DNA of 64,000 nt from Nocardioidaceae bacterium (lineage in GTDB: Bacteria > Actinomycetota > Actinomycetes > Propionibacteriales > Nocardioidaceae). The stretch spans positions 4,461 through 68,460 of the forward strand of contig DASSHZ010000004.1 in NCBI GenBank assembly GCA_035692425.1, in the 5' to 3' direction. Within the stretch, counting starts at the first letter, position 1. The number at the start of each line of letters is the position of its first letter. A program made the position numbers and the translations under genes. This document shows positions 47,081 to 56,323 of the stretch, piece after piece. The notes beneath the pieces are model-generated. The model did not search any database. It saw nothing but the letters and a program-made list of their open reading frames with translations, and was not told the origin of the DNA.

Positions 47081-48445
47081 GTGAGCGAGCTCTCCCCAGC
47101 AACCGAGACGGCCCTGCACCGGGTGGTCGCGGCCAGGCAGTCCGAGGGGCGCGTGCCCGGAATCGCCGCTGGTGTCGTGCGCGACGGCCGGCTGGCCTGG
47201 ACCGGCGGGGTCGGTGCCGCGGACCTGGCCGAGCCGGGCCGCCGGCCCGACGAGGACACGCAGTTCCTGATCGCGTCGAACACCAAGACGTTCACCGCCG
47301 TCCTCGTCATGCAGCTGCGCGACGAGGGGAGGCTTGATCTCGACGACCCATTGGAGCGGCACATCCCGGAGAGCACACATGGCGGTGTGACGATCCGACA
47401 GCTCCTCGCGCACGTCAGCGGGATGCAGCGCGAGCCGGTCGGCGACGTCTGGGAGACCCTGACGTATCCCGACCGGGTCGCCCTGGTCGCCGGCTGGAAC
47501 GAGGCCGAGCGCATCCTCCGCCCGCACTACCGCTGGCACTACTCCAACCTCTGCTACAGCATGTTGGGCGAAGTCGTGGCCCGCCTCGATGGCCGCGAAT
47601 GGGTGGACAGCCTGCGAGCCCGCATCCTGGAGCCCCTTGGCATGAACCGGACCACGCTCGGGCTCGTCCCGCCCTGTGCCCGGGGCTACTACGTCCCGCC
47701 CTTCTCCGACGTGCCGGTCGTGGAGCCCGTCCTCGACATCGACGCGATGGCCGCGGCCGGCGGGCTCGCCAGCACCGTCGCGGACCTCGCGACCTGGACT
47801 TCGTTCGTCGCCGACCCGGTAGCGGAGGTGCTTAGTCCCGACACCGTCGACGAGATGTGCCAGCCGCAGATCATGGCCGATCTCGAGACCTGGCAGGCGG
47901 CGTGGGGACTGGGGTTCATGCTCCAGCGCAGCGGAGATCGGGTCTGGGTCGGCCACACGGGCGGCATGCCTGGCCACATCACCGGCGTCTTCACCCAGCG
48001 GAAGGCGAAGGCGGCCGCGATCGTGCTGATGAACTCCTCCGGCACCGTCGACCCGGCCGCCTTCGCGATCGAGCTCGGTGGGTTGTCCCTGGACCGTGAC
48101 CCGTCCGAGCCCGAGGCCTGGACGGCGGGCACCGGCGTACCCCCCGAGCTCGCCGGGGTGCTCGGCATCTGGTACTCCGAAGGTCAGCCGTACGTCTTCA
48201 GCGTCCGGGCCGGCCGGCTGGAGGCGCGCGCCGCCAACGCACCCGCCCAGCTCCCCCCATCGGTGTTCGTGCCCGAGGGCGAGGACCGGTACCGCACCCA
48301 GTCCGGCCGAGAGACCGGCGAGCTGCTGCGCATCACCAGGGCAGCCGATGGCACCGTCGCCAAGATGAACTGGGCTACCTACCTGGTGACCCGTGAGCCG
48401 CTTGCGTTCGGCGAGTGGCTGCGGGCCGACGGAGCAGGGACGTAA
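47081..48445 (+). CDS. Serine hydrolase (beta-lactamase / PBP4-like family)
   Basis: S-x-x-K motif in FLIASNTKTFTAV and a later YSN motif (WHYSNLCY). GTG 47081. Confidence 0.85.
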   Translation: MSELSPATETALHRVVAARQSEGRVPGIAAGVVRDGRLAWTGGVGAADLAEPGRRPDEDTQFLIASNTKTFTAVLVMQLRDEGRLDLDDPLERHIPESTHGGVTIRQLLAHVSGMQREPVGDVWETLTYPDRVALVAGWNEAERILRPHYRWHYSNLCYSMLGEVVARLDGREWVDSLRARILEPLGMNRTTLGLVPPCARGYYVPPFSDVPVVEPVLDIDAMAAAGGLASTVADLATWTSFVADPVAEVLSPDTVDEMCQPQIMADLETWQAAWGLGFMLQRSGDRVWVGHTGGMPGHITGVFTQRKAKAAAIVLMNSSGTVDPAAFAIELGGLSLDRDPSEPEAWTAGTGVPPELAGVLGIWYSEGQPYVFSVRAGRLEARAANAPAQLPPSVFVPEGEDRYRTQSGRETGELLRITRAADGTVAKMNWATYLVTREPLAFGEWLRADGAGT

Positions 48446-48804
48446 TCGGGACGAATTCGGCGAATCACCAGCGTGTTCGGCGAGCGGTGGTGCATGCTTG
48501 TGATCGGAGTTGCCCGCCGGGCCGAGGGGGTCCTCGGGCGGCTCGAGGGGTGAACTGCTGACGGTGGGGGGAGCAATGGTCATGTCCGCGCCGGCGCGCG
48601 CACCTCGGTGCGCCATGCCCGAGCGGCCGCGACCAACCGCAATATCAGCCGGTATCACCTCGGGCGGCGGAGCGTCACGTGAGGGAGGGCTGCCGACGGC
48701 GGTGCATCGCCGCCGGTGACCTGCTGGCGCTCCGTCGCCCCCACCCGCCCTTGCGCCGTGCGGAGTGTGGGCTCTAGGACGCACCCGGCAGGACGGTGCA
48801 GGCT

Positions 48805-50394
48805 CTAGCAGCCGGTCGCGGCGCTCACCGGGTGTGCGCCGGGGGCTGCGTGCCCGCCGTTCCAGACGTTGCCCTGCCCGTCCCAGTAGGACGGGACGAA
48901 CTTGCCCAGATGCACTGTCTCGAAGCGGTTGTCCGCGAAGACCCCATCCTTGACCGCGCCGATCTGCAAGGCAGTGCCCGGACCGGCCACCACGTTGCAG
49001 GTCACCCTGGTCCGGTAGCTGCTCGAGTTCATCGACGGCGCGGTGAGCTTGTCGTCCATCATGCGGAGGCTGAACCCCGCAGTGCGGAAGTCGGCCACGA
49101 AGTTGTGCGACCAGACGTTGCCCCAGCCGGACATCTCCTCGTTGTAGCCGATTGCGACTCCCCGGGCGGTGTTGTAGGTGAACACGTTGTAGGAGCCGTC
49201 CTGATCCGTCGCGAAGGCCCTCGCATCACCCGGCAGGTCTTCCACGTAGTTGTGGGTCACCTCGTTGTACGACGACCCGCCGCCGACGCGGATCCCCTCG
49301 TACATGAAGTGCTCGGTCCCGGCCGCGATGGCATAGATGTGGTTGTAGGCGACCGTCCAGCCATCACTGATGCTGCCCAGCCAGACGCCCGGCCCAACCC
49401 CGCAGGCGATGTTGTGGATGGTGTTGCCCGCAATCGTCCCGTAGCGGTTCATCGCCGAGTGGATCCCCTTGAGGGAGATGTCGTTGTCGATGATCTTGAC
49501 TCCGTCGGAGGGCACCAGGGTGTGGTTGATCTGCCCAGCCGAGTAGGCGATCGCGTGCGCGTCGGCGGCGAAGTCGTCGGTCCCGTGCCCGGGGATGGCC
49601 CGCCGGGCCTGCCAGTTCCCCGACTTGACTAGGTCGCCGAACCACTTCTGGAAGGGCCCGGCACCCTCGCCGGCGAGGAAGACGCCGCCGACGATGTCCA
49701 GGTGGCTGATCGTCCAGTAGCTTGCTCCCTGCTCGAACCGGACGGTGCGGTTCGGATCGGGCGAGGACGCCGAGCACGGCGGCATGGACAGGTGAGCCGT
49801 GAGCGTCACCGGCCCGTTGCCGGCCGGGCTGATCGTGATCGGCGCCGTTCGGGTGCCGGAACGGCGGATGGTCAGCGCACCGCTGTAGGTGCCGGCTCGC
49901 AGCCGGATCGCCGTACCGGGTGTGGCGTTGCCGATGGCCGCAGCCAGCTGCGACTCCGTGCCGACAGTGACGACCCGGGTCGGTGCCGGATCGCCGGTTG
50001 GCAGGTCCGGCGGCCCGGTGGTCGGGTCCTGGCCCGGCCAGGCGGGGCCCCCGGAGCCGGGCGGAGGCAGACCCGATCCGGGCGACCCGTGCGACCTCGA
50101 GGTCGGCGACCCGCTCCGCGTGGCAGCCGTTGGACCCGATCCGTGGGCGCCCGCGCGCGAGCGCCCGGCCGTCGGCGCCGTCGGCGAGGCGGTGTCGGCG
50201 GCCGGGGTGTGCCCGGCCACGACCAAGCGTCCGACACCGCCACCGCGGAGGGCGGGACCGCTGGGCGTGGAGGTCGCCGGCCTGTCGGCAGCGGCGACGG
50301 AATGCGGCGGGGCCGAGCCGCAGCCGGCGATCGTCGCCACTGCCGCGAGGACCGCGGCGACCAGGGCCGAGCGGTTGCGGCGGCCTGGGGGCAT
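48805..50394 (-). CDS. Lipoprotein with right-handed parallel beta-helix (pectate-lyase-fold) domain
   Basis: Lipobox VATIAGCGS, ~130-aa Pro/Gly/Ser/Thr linker, then repeated N-x-(I/V)-type coils (IIDNDISL, IAGNTIHN, VAYNHIY, VTHNYVED, FTYNTARG). Confidence 0.65.
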   Translation of the reverse strand: MPPGRRNRSALVAAVLAAVATIAGCGSAPPHSVAAADRPATSTPSGPALRGGGVGRLVVAGHTPAADTASPTAPTAGRSRAGAHGSGPTAATRSGSPTSRSHGSPGSGLPPPGSGGPAWPGQDPTTGPPDLPTGDPAPTRVVTVGTESQLAAAIGNATPGTAIRLRAGTYSGALTIRRSGTRTAPITISPAGNGPVTLTAHLSMPPCSASSPDPNRTVRFEQGASYWTISHLDIVGGVFLAGEGAGPFQKWFGDLVKSGNWQARRAIPGHGTDDFAADAHAIAYSAGQINHTLVPSDGVKIIDNDISLKGIHSAMNRYGTIAGNTIHNIACGVGPGVWLGSISDGWTVAYNHIYAIAAGTEHFMYEGIRVGGGSSYNEVTHNYVEDLPGDARAFATDQDGSYNVFTYNTARGVAIGYNEEMSGWGNVWSHNFVADFRTAGFSLRMMDDKLTAPSMNSSSYRTRVTCNVVAGPGTALQIGAVKDGVFADNRFETVHLGKFVPSYWDGQGNVWNGGHAAPGAHPVSAATGC

Positions 50395-50780
50395 GGAACG
50401 GCCAGCAGGGGACGGGGGCATGCGGGGACACCCTTCCATGGCGCCTGCGAAGTTAGCTGTCGGGTTCGGGCCGGAGGGCTGGCCCGGCCACCCGGCCGCG
50501 CTTCCAACCCGGTGGCTTCACCCCAAGGTGCCGTCGAGATCCCCCGCCCCGGACAAGCGCTCCGGCGGCCGTCGGCACCCGTGCCGCGCAAGGCACGGCG
50601 TTGGGTTCTCCGCTCCTGTCCCGTACCAGCAAGGTCGGGGGTGCGCCGGGTCGGGGACAGGGCTCGGCGTCGGCCGCGGCGCGTACTTCTGCCCGGGAGC
50701 ATAGCCCAGGGGGCAGATCGTGGCGAGCGCCGCCCCGGCCGGGGCTCAACGGGCCGGACCTTAAGTCCGACTGCCCCGAC

Positions 50781-52145
50781 TCAGGTGATGAAGCCGAGCA
50801 GGTCGTGCCGAGTCAGTACGCCGACCGGCCGACCGGACTCCTGAACCACGACCGCGTCGGCGTCCTGCAGACGCTCGACCGCCGTGCGGACCGCCTCCCC
50901 AGCGCCCACGGTCGGGAGCGGCGGCGCCATCACGGACTCCACGGAGTCGGTCAGGCGGGCCCGGCCGGCGTACAGCGCGTCCAAGAGGTCCCGCTCGCTC
51001 ACCGAGCCGACGACCTCGGCGGCCATCACCGGGGGCTCCGCGCTGACCACCGGCATCTGGGAGACCGCGTACTCGCCGAGGATGGCCACCGCCTCCGCGA
51101 TCGTCTCGCCCGGATGGGTGTGCACGAGGTCGGGGAGCCGACCGCTCTTGCCCCGCAGAACGTCCCCCGCGGTCTGCTCCGGCGCCGGTCCGAGAAAGCC
51201 GTACTGGGCCAGCCATCGGTCGTCGAAGACCTTGGTGAGGTAGCCGCGCCCGCCGTCGGGGAGTAGCACGACGATGACGGCGCCCGGGTCGTCGAGCTCG
51301 CGCCCGAGCCGGCAGGCGGCGGCGACCGCCATGCCCGAGGACCCGCCCACCAGCAGCCCGTCCGCGCGCGCCAGCCGCCGGGTGGTCTCGAAGGACTCGC
51401 GGTCGGACACCGCGATGATCCGGTCGGCGACGCTGCGGTCGTACGTCGACGGCCAGAAGTCCTCGCCGACGCCCTCGACCAGGTACGGCCGGCCGGTGCC
51501 CCCCGAGTAGACGGACCCCTCGGGATCGGCGCCCACCACCTGCACTCGGCCCTGCGACACCTCCTTGAGGTAGCGGCCAGTGCCGCTGATGGTCCCCCCG
51601 GTGCCGACCCCGGCCACGAAGTGGGTCACCTGGCCATCGGTCTGCCGCCAGATCTCCGGGCCGGTGGTGTCGTAGTGGGCCTGCGGGTTGCGCGGGTTGG
51701 CGTATTGGTCGGGCTTCCACGCCTTGGGGATCTCCCGGAGCAGCCGGTCGGACACGCTGTAGTAGCTGTCGGGGTGGTCGGGCGGGACAGCGGTCGGGCA
51801 GACCACCACCCGCGCGCCGTACGCCTTGAGCACGTTCTGCTTGTCGACACTCACCTTGTCTGGGCAGACGAACACGCACTGGTAGCCGCGGGACTGGGCG
51901 GCCATGGCCAGCCCGACCCCGGTGTTGCCCGAGGTCGGCTCGACGATCGTGCCGCCCGGCTGCAGTTCGCCGCCGGCCTCCGCGGCGGCGATCATCGGTA
52001 TGGCGATGCGGTCCGTCACCGACCCGCCCGGGTTGAGGTACTCCACCTTCACGAGCAGCCGGCCCGGGATCCCCTCGGCCGTGGGGCCGAGCTTGAGCAG
52101 CGGGGTGTTGCCCACCAGGTCCAGCAGCGACTCGGCGTACTCCAC
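50781..52145 (-). CDS. cbs: Cystathionine beta-synthase (PLP domain + CBS pair)
   Basis: GNTPLLKL, PGGSVTDR and SGNTG motifs, plus a C-terminal tandem CBS domain. Confidence 0.9.
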   Translation of the reverse strand: MEYAESLLDLVGNTPLLKLGPTAEGIPGRLLVKVEYLNPGGSVTDRIAIPMIAAAEAGGELQPGGTIVEPTSGNTGVGLAMAAQSRGYQCVFVCPDKVSVDKQNVLKAYGARVVVCPTAVPPDHPDSYYSVSDRLLREIPKAWKPDQYANPRNPQAHYDTTGPEIWRQTDGQVTHFVAGVGTGGTISGTGRYLKEVSQGRVQVVGADPEGSVYSGGTGRPYLVEGVGEDFWPSTYDRSVADRIIAVSDRESFETTRRLARADGLLVGGSSGMAVAAACRLGRELDDPGAVIVVLLPDGGRGYLTKVFDDRWLAQYGFLGPAPEQTAGDVLRGKSGRLPDLVHTHPGETIAEAVAILGEYAVSQMPVVSAEPPVMAAEVVGSVSERDLLDALYAGRARLTDSVESVMAPPLPTVGAGEAVRTAVERLQDADAVVVQESGRPVGVLTRHDLLGFIT

Positions 52146-52345
52146 CGGCTCACCCTAGTGGTGTGTCTCCCAATTCATTTGCCGGCTGCGGCGATCCAGG
52201 CGGATGGGACGCAGTCGGCGCCCGGGGTCGGCGTGCGGCGACCATTGGCCCTGACGGACCTCGCCGGGCGGCGTCCGCTCGGACCGAGGACGATCGAGGG
52301 CGCCGGCGTCTAAAGTTGAACTACAAGCTCGGCAGGGGGTGATCC

Positions 52346-53407
52346 GTGGCGAAGGCGGTCGCCGTACGGCGAATCGCGGCGGCCACCGCGTTCGGCGGCG
52401 GCGGGCTGGGGTTGCTCGGCGGGTCCGTGTACGGCCTGCTCAAGACCGAGGCGGTGGTGGCCAGGCGGCGGATCGGCGACACCCTCGGCATGCCGCTGGA
52501 CGCCGACGGACTTTATGGCGCGGGTCTCCGCGGTACGCCGATCCGGCTGGCAGTCCTCGGCGACTCCGCGGCGGCCGGCTACGGCGCCACCGTGCCTCAG
52601 GACACGTTCGGTGCGTTCCTGGCGACCGGGCTGTCGACCCTGTCCGGCCGCCCCGTCGTACTGCGGTGCGTAGCCGCGGTGGGAGCCAAGTCCTCGGACC
52701 TGGCGGGCCAGGTCGGTCCGGCCCTGCAGATCAACCCCGACGTATGCATAGTCATCGTCGGCGCCAACGACGTCACGCACGCGGTCTGGCCGCCGCGGGC
52801 GGTAAGGGCCCTGCGCGACACCCTCGAGGGCCTCCGCCGCCCGGTCCCCGGGCTGCTGCGAGCCACCGCCCCGGAAGTCGTCGTGGGGACCGTGCCCGAC
52901 CTGGGGACCGTGCTGCCGATCCCGACGCCACTACGCCAGGTAGCCCGGCGCTGGAGTCGCCGGCTAGCGGCTGCCCAGACGGTCGTCGCGGTCGAGTCCG
53001 GGGCTCACTCGGTGTCGCTGGGCACCATCCTCGGGCCGGAGTTCGCGGCCCGCCCGGCGGACATGTTCGGCCCGGACCGCTACCACCCCTCGCCGCGCGG
53101 CTACCGCGACTGCGCGACAGTCATGCTGCCGACGGTCGCCGCTGCGCTCGGCGTACTCCCCGACGACACCGCCGAGCACGAGGGGTACCGGGGCGAGGGG
53201 GTGTTCACCCTCCCCCGGGCTGCCTCGGCCGCAGCGGAGAGCACCGGCACGGAGGTCACTGGCGCGGACGTCCGCGGCAGCGACCGGGGACCGCTCGGTA
53301 GGTGGGCCTCCCTGCGGCACCGCCGGCGGCACCCGATCCCACCGCCAGACGCAGGTCAGGTCCGCCCGGGGGCCGGGCCCGAGCCCCAGCCGGTCGAGCT
53401 GCCTTAG
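52346..53407 (+). CDS. SGNH/GDSL-family hydrolase with N-terminal membrane anchor and low-complexity tail
   Basis: LAVLGDSAAAGYG (block I) and IVGANDV (block III). Sits next to cbs, like Rv1075c in M. tuberculosis. Confidence 0.8.
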   Translation: MAKAVAVRRIAAATAFGGGGLGLLGGSVYGLLKTEAVVARRRIGDTLGMPLDADGLYGAGLRGTPIRLAVLGDSAAAGYGATVPQDTFGAFLATGLSTLSGRPVVLRCVAAVGAKSSDLAGQVGPALQINPDVCIVIVGANDVTHAVWPPRAVRALRDTLEGLRRPVPGLLRATAPEVVVGTVPDLGTVLPIPTPLRQVARRWSRRLAAAQTVVAVESGAHSVSLGTILGPEFAARPADMFGPDRYHPSPRGYRDCATVMLPTVAAALGVLPDDTAEHEGYRGEGVFTLPRAASAAAESTGTEVTGADVRGSDRGPLGRWASLRHRRRHPIPPPDAGQVRPGAGPEPQPVELP

Positions 53408-53468
53408 AAACCCGCCCAATCCCTTGTGCGGCCAACGACCATAGGGCAGGCTCAACCTATCGAGGTCG

Positions 53469-53720
53469 ATGCGAGCCTGGGAGGCAGTCGTGGCCCTTCA
53501 CCACTCCGAGGAGACCCATCAGATGCTGGTCGCGCGGATCCCCGCGGCGACCGGGCGTCCCCTACATGAGTGGTTCGGCCATCTCGACAACGGTCCGGCC
53601 TGTCTGCGGTTCGAGGACCGGGTCCAGTGGCTCCGCGACGAGTTCGGCATCGCCCATGGCCACGCGACCGCGATCGTGCACGAGCACGACCTCCGCCGCG
53701 CCCGCCGCCAACTCGCCTAG
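53469..53720 (+). CDS. DUF4287-like small protein
   Basis: ATGRPLHEWFGHLD...WLRDEFGIAHGHATAIV resembles the DUF4287 pattern. Confidence 0.5.
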   Translation: MRAWEAVVALHHSEETHQMLVARIPAATGRPLHEWFGHLDNGPACLRFEDRVQWLRDEFGIAHGHATAIVHEHDLRRARRQLA

Positions 53721-53795
53721 ACCCGCACCTCCGCTCCGACTTGTCGGAGGTGGAACACGCTATAGCGTGCTGAGCTTCTGACAGGTCGGGGAGGG

Positions 53796-53869
53796 TGCCC
53801 CCGGTGGGGGTCGAACCCACACTGGGCGCCTTTTAAGGGCGCTTCCTCTACCGGTTGGGATACGGGGGC
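53796..53869 (-). tRNA. 74-nt class I tRNA; anticodon reads UAA by manual folding (isotype uncertain)
   Basis: Manual cloverleaf. Acceptor GCCCCCG/CGGGGGC. D arm TCC(C)-AACCGGTAG-(A)GGA. Anticodon stem GCGCC/GGCGC with loop CUUAAAA. Variable region CCAGU. T arm GUGGG-UUCGACC-CCCAC. Discriminator A. No CCA is encoded. Confidence 0.8.
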
Positions 53870-53935
53870 GACTGGCAGGCGTGCACGGGCGTGGCGGCTC
53901 GCCCTCATGCTAGTTGCGAGCGACGGTCCCCCGGG

Positions 53936-55258
53936 TCAGCCGGCAGGAGGGTCGCTGCTGGCCCGGGAGAACTCCTCACGCGGGTGGTGCAGGGTACCCA
54001 GCGAGACGATGTCGCGGCGGAAGAACAGGTCGGTCGTCCAGTCGAGCACCACCCGCACCTTGCGGTTGAAGGTCGGCAGCCGGCTCATGTGGTAGGTGCG
54101 GTGCATGAACCACGCCGGAAAGCCGCGCAACCGTACGCCGTACACCTGCGCGACGCCCTTGTAGAGCCCAAGGCTGGCCAGCGAGCCGGCCGACCGGTGC
54201 CGGTAGTCATGCAGGGGCTCGCCCCGCAGCGAGCGCACGATGTTGGCGGCGAGCACCCGCGCCTGGCGCACTGCGTGCTGCGCGGTCGGCGAGCAGAAGG
54301 CGCCCGGGTTGGTCAGGTCCGGCACGGCGGCGTTGTCGCCGGCTGTCCAGACGTGCTCGACTCCGTCCACCCGCAGGTCCGGGTGGGCCCGGACGCGCCC
54401 GCGGTCGTCCAGTGGCAGGTCGGTCGCGCGCAGCGCCGGGGATGCCTTCACCCCGGCGGTCCAGACGATGGTGTCCGCGTCGAGCTCGGTGCCGTCCGAC
54501 AGGACCACGTGCCGGTCGACGCAGCTGTCCAGCCGGGTGTTCAGGCGGACGTCGATCCCCCGGCGGCGGAGCCGCTCGACGGTGTAGCGCCCGAGGGCCC
54601 GCCCGACCTCGGGCAGGATGTGGTCGGTCGCCTCGACGAGGATGAACCGCAGGTCGGACTCGTCCACGGTCGGGTAGTAGCGGGTCGCGAACCTGGCCAT
54701 GTCCTCGATCTCGCCCAGCGCCTCGATGCCGGCGTACCCGCCGCCGACGAACACGAAGCTCAGCGCCCGCGCCCGGATGGCCGGGTCCCGGACCGAGGCC
54801 GCGCTGTCCAGTCGGTCGAGGACCTGGTTGCGCAGCGCGATCGCCTCCTCGACCTGGTGGAAGGCCATCGCGTTGTCCCGCAGTCCGGGCACCGGCAGTG
54901 TCCGGGACACCGAACCGAACGCGACCACCAGCTCGTCGTAGTGGAGCTCGTACGGATCGCTCTCGGGGGTGCTCACGGTGACGGTCGAGGCAGCGGTGCT
55001 GACGCCTGTCACCCGACCGGTGATCACCTCGCAGCCATGCAGGGTCTTGCGCAGGGGCACCACCACGTGCCGTGGCTCGAGGTTGCCGGCGGCGGCCTCC
55101 GGCAGGAAGGGCTGATAGGTCATCGCCGACCGTGGGTCGATCACCGTGACCAGCCCCTCGCCGCTGCGCAGCCGGCGCTGCAGTCCCAGCGCGGTGTACA
55201 TGCCGACGTAGCCCCCGCCGGCCACGACGAGGTGCGGTCCGGCCGGCGATGCTGACAT
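53936..55258 (-). CDS. ndh: Type II NADH dehydrogenase (NDH-2)
   Basis: HLVVAGGGYVGMY and FVFVGGGYAGIE dinucleotide-binding motifs. ATG 55258. Confidence 0.9.
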   Translation of the reverse strand: MSASPAGPHLVVAGGGYVGMYTALGLQRRLRSGEGLVTVIDPRSAMTYQPFLPEAAAGNLEPRHVVVPLRKTLHGCEVITGRVTGVSTAASTVTVSTPESDPYELHYDELVVAFGSVSRTLPVPGLRDNAMAFHQVEEAIALRNQVLDRLDSAASVRDPAIRARALSFVFVGGGYAGIEALGEIEDMARFATRYYPTVDESDLRFILVEATDHILPEVGRALGRYTVERLRRRGIDVRLNTRLDSCVDRHVVLSDGTELDADTIVWTAGVKASPALRATDLPLDDRGRVRAHPDLRVDGVEHVWTAGDNAAVPDLTNPGAFCSPTAQHAVRQARVLAANIVRSLRGEPLHDYRHRSAGSLASLGLYKGVAQVYGVRLRGFPAWFMHRTYHMSRLPTFNRKVRVVLDWTTDLFFRRDIVSLGTLHHPREEFSRASSDPPAG

Positions 55259-55310
55259 GGGAGCCCCCTTACCCAAGACGCTCTCCTGCCACCCTATTCG
55301 GCCCGGCCGC

Positions 55311-56213
55311 TCAGCGGCCGGCCGGCAGCTGGGCGAGGGTCGCCGCCTGCGCCAGCACCGCGTCCAGCATCGACTCGGTGAGCCGCCCGGTGAACGTGTT
55401 CTGCTGGCTAGGGTGGAAGCAGCCGAGCAGCTGCAGCCGACGAGGCGCCGCGCTCCCCGCCGGGCCGGAAATGTCGACGGTCACCCTTACGCCGTGGCCG
55501 AACCGCGGCCGCGGCCTGGGTACGGCGGCTCCTCGGCGCACCAGCGCACCCAACAGCGCCGCCCAGGCATAGGCGCCGAGGCAGACCGCCACCCGGACCG
55601 AGGGCAGGATCAGGCCGAGCTCTGCGTCCAACCAGCGGGCGCAGGTGTCTCGCTCCAGGGTGCTCGGGCGGTTGTCAGGCGGGGCACAGCGCACCGGGGC
55701 GATCATCCTGGTGTGCGGCAGCCGCTGGCCGTCACCGGCGTACCGGCTGGTGGGCAGCGATGCCAGGCCGACGCGGTGCAGCGACGCGAACAGCCAGTCC
55801 CCAGAGCGGTCGCCGGTGAACATGCGGCCGGTGCGGTTGCCTCCGTTCGCCGCCGGGGCCAAGCCGACGAGGAGCACCCGGGGCTGGCTGCTGCCCCAGC
55901 CGGCGATCGGCCGCCCCCAGTACGGCTCCCCGGCGAAGGCGGCTCGCTTCTCGCGCGCGACACGCTCCCGCCACCCGACCAGCCGCGGACACGCGCGGCA
56001 GACCGACACGGCGGCGTCGAGGTCCGCCAGGCTCCGGGTGCCGGCCGCGAGGGCGGCCACCGCTGCGGCGTCCCCGGCCACCGGCGTCTCGGGCGCGGCC
56101 GGGTCGCCCGGCCAGCCCGAGCCGGGCGGCACCGGGCTGGCGAACAGCTCGCCGGTGATCGGATGCGGCAGCGCCGTCCCGACGTACGCCGCCCGCTCGT
56201 CGCGGTTGTCCAC
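55311..56213 (-). CDS. Uracil-DNA glycosylase, family 4/5 (UdgB-like); start uncertain
   Basis: CRACPRL Fe-S motif, [22 protein letters not shown] and CFHPSQQN. Confidence 0.8.
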   Translation of the reverse strand: MDNRDERAAYVGTALPHPITGELFASPVPPGSGWPGDPAAPETPVAGDAAAVAALAAGTRSLADLDAAVSVCRACPRLVGWRERVAREKRAAFAGEPYWGRPIAGWGSSQPRVLLVGLAPAANGGNRTGRMFTGDRSGDWLFASLHRVGLASLPTSRYAGDGQRLPHTRMIAPVRCAPPDNRPSTLERDTCARWLDAELGLILPSVRVAVCLGAYAWAALLGALVRRGAAVPRPRPRFGHGVRVTVDISGPAGSAAPRRLQLLGCFHPSQQNTFTGRLTESMLDAVLAQAATLAQLPAGR

Positions 56214-56323
56214 CCACCGATCCTCGCACGTTGTCCCCCCCGGGAGGCATTGCCCACCGAGTGGGGGTCTGGCGACCGAAATGCCCCCCACCTGGCGCAC
56301 AACGCCACCCGGGCGAGACAAGG

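Noticed and set aside
53796-53869. tRNA as the attachment site of a genomic island
   Set aside because: No integrase, excisionase or repeat of the tRNA 3' end was seen nearby. The accessory block ends ~3 kb away, on the other side of the core genes cbs and SGNH hydrolase.
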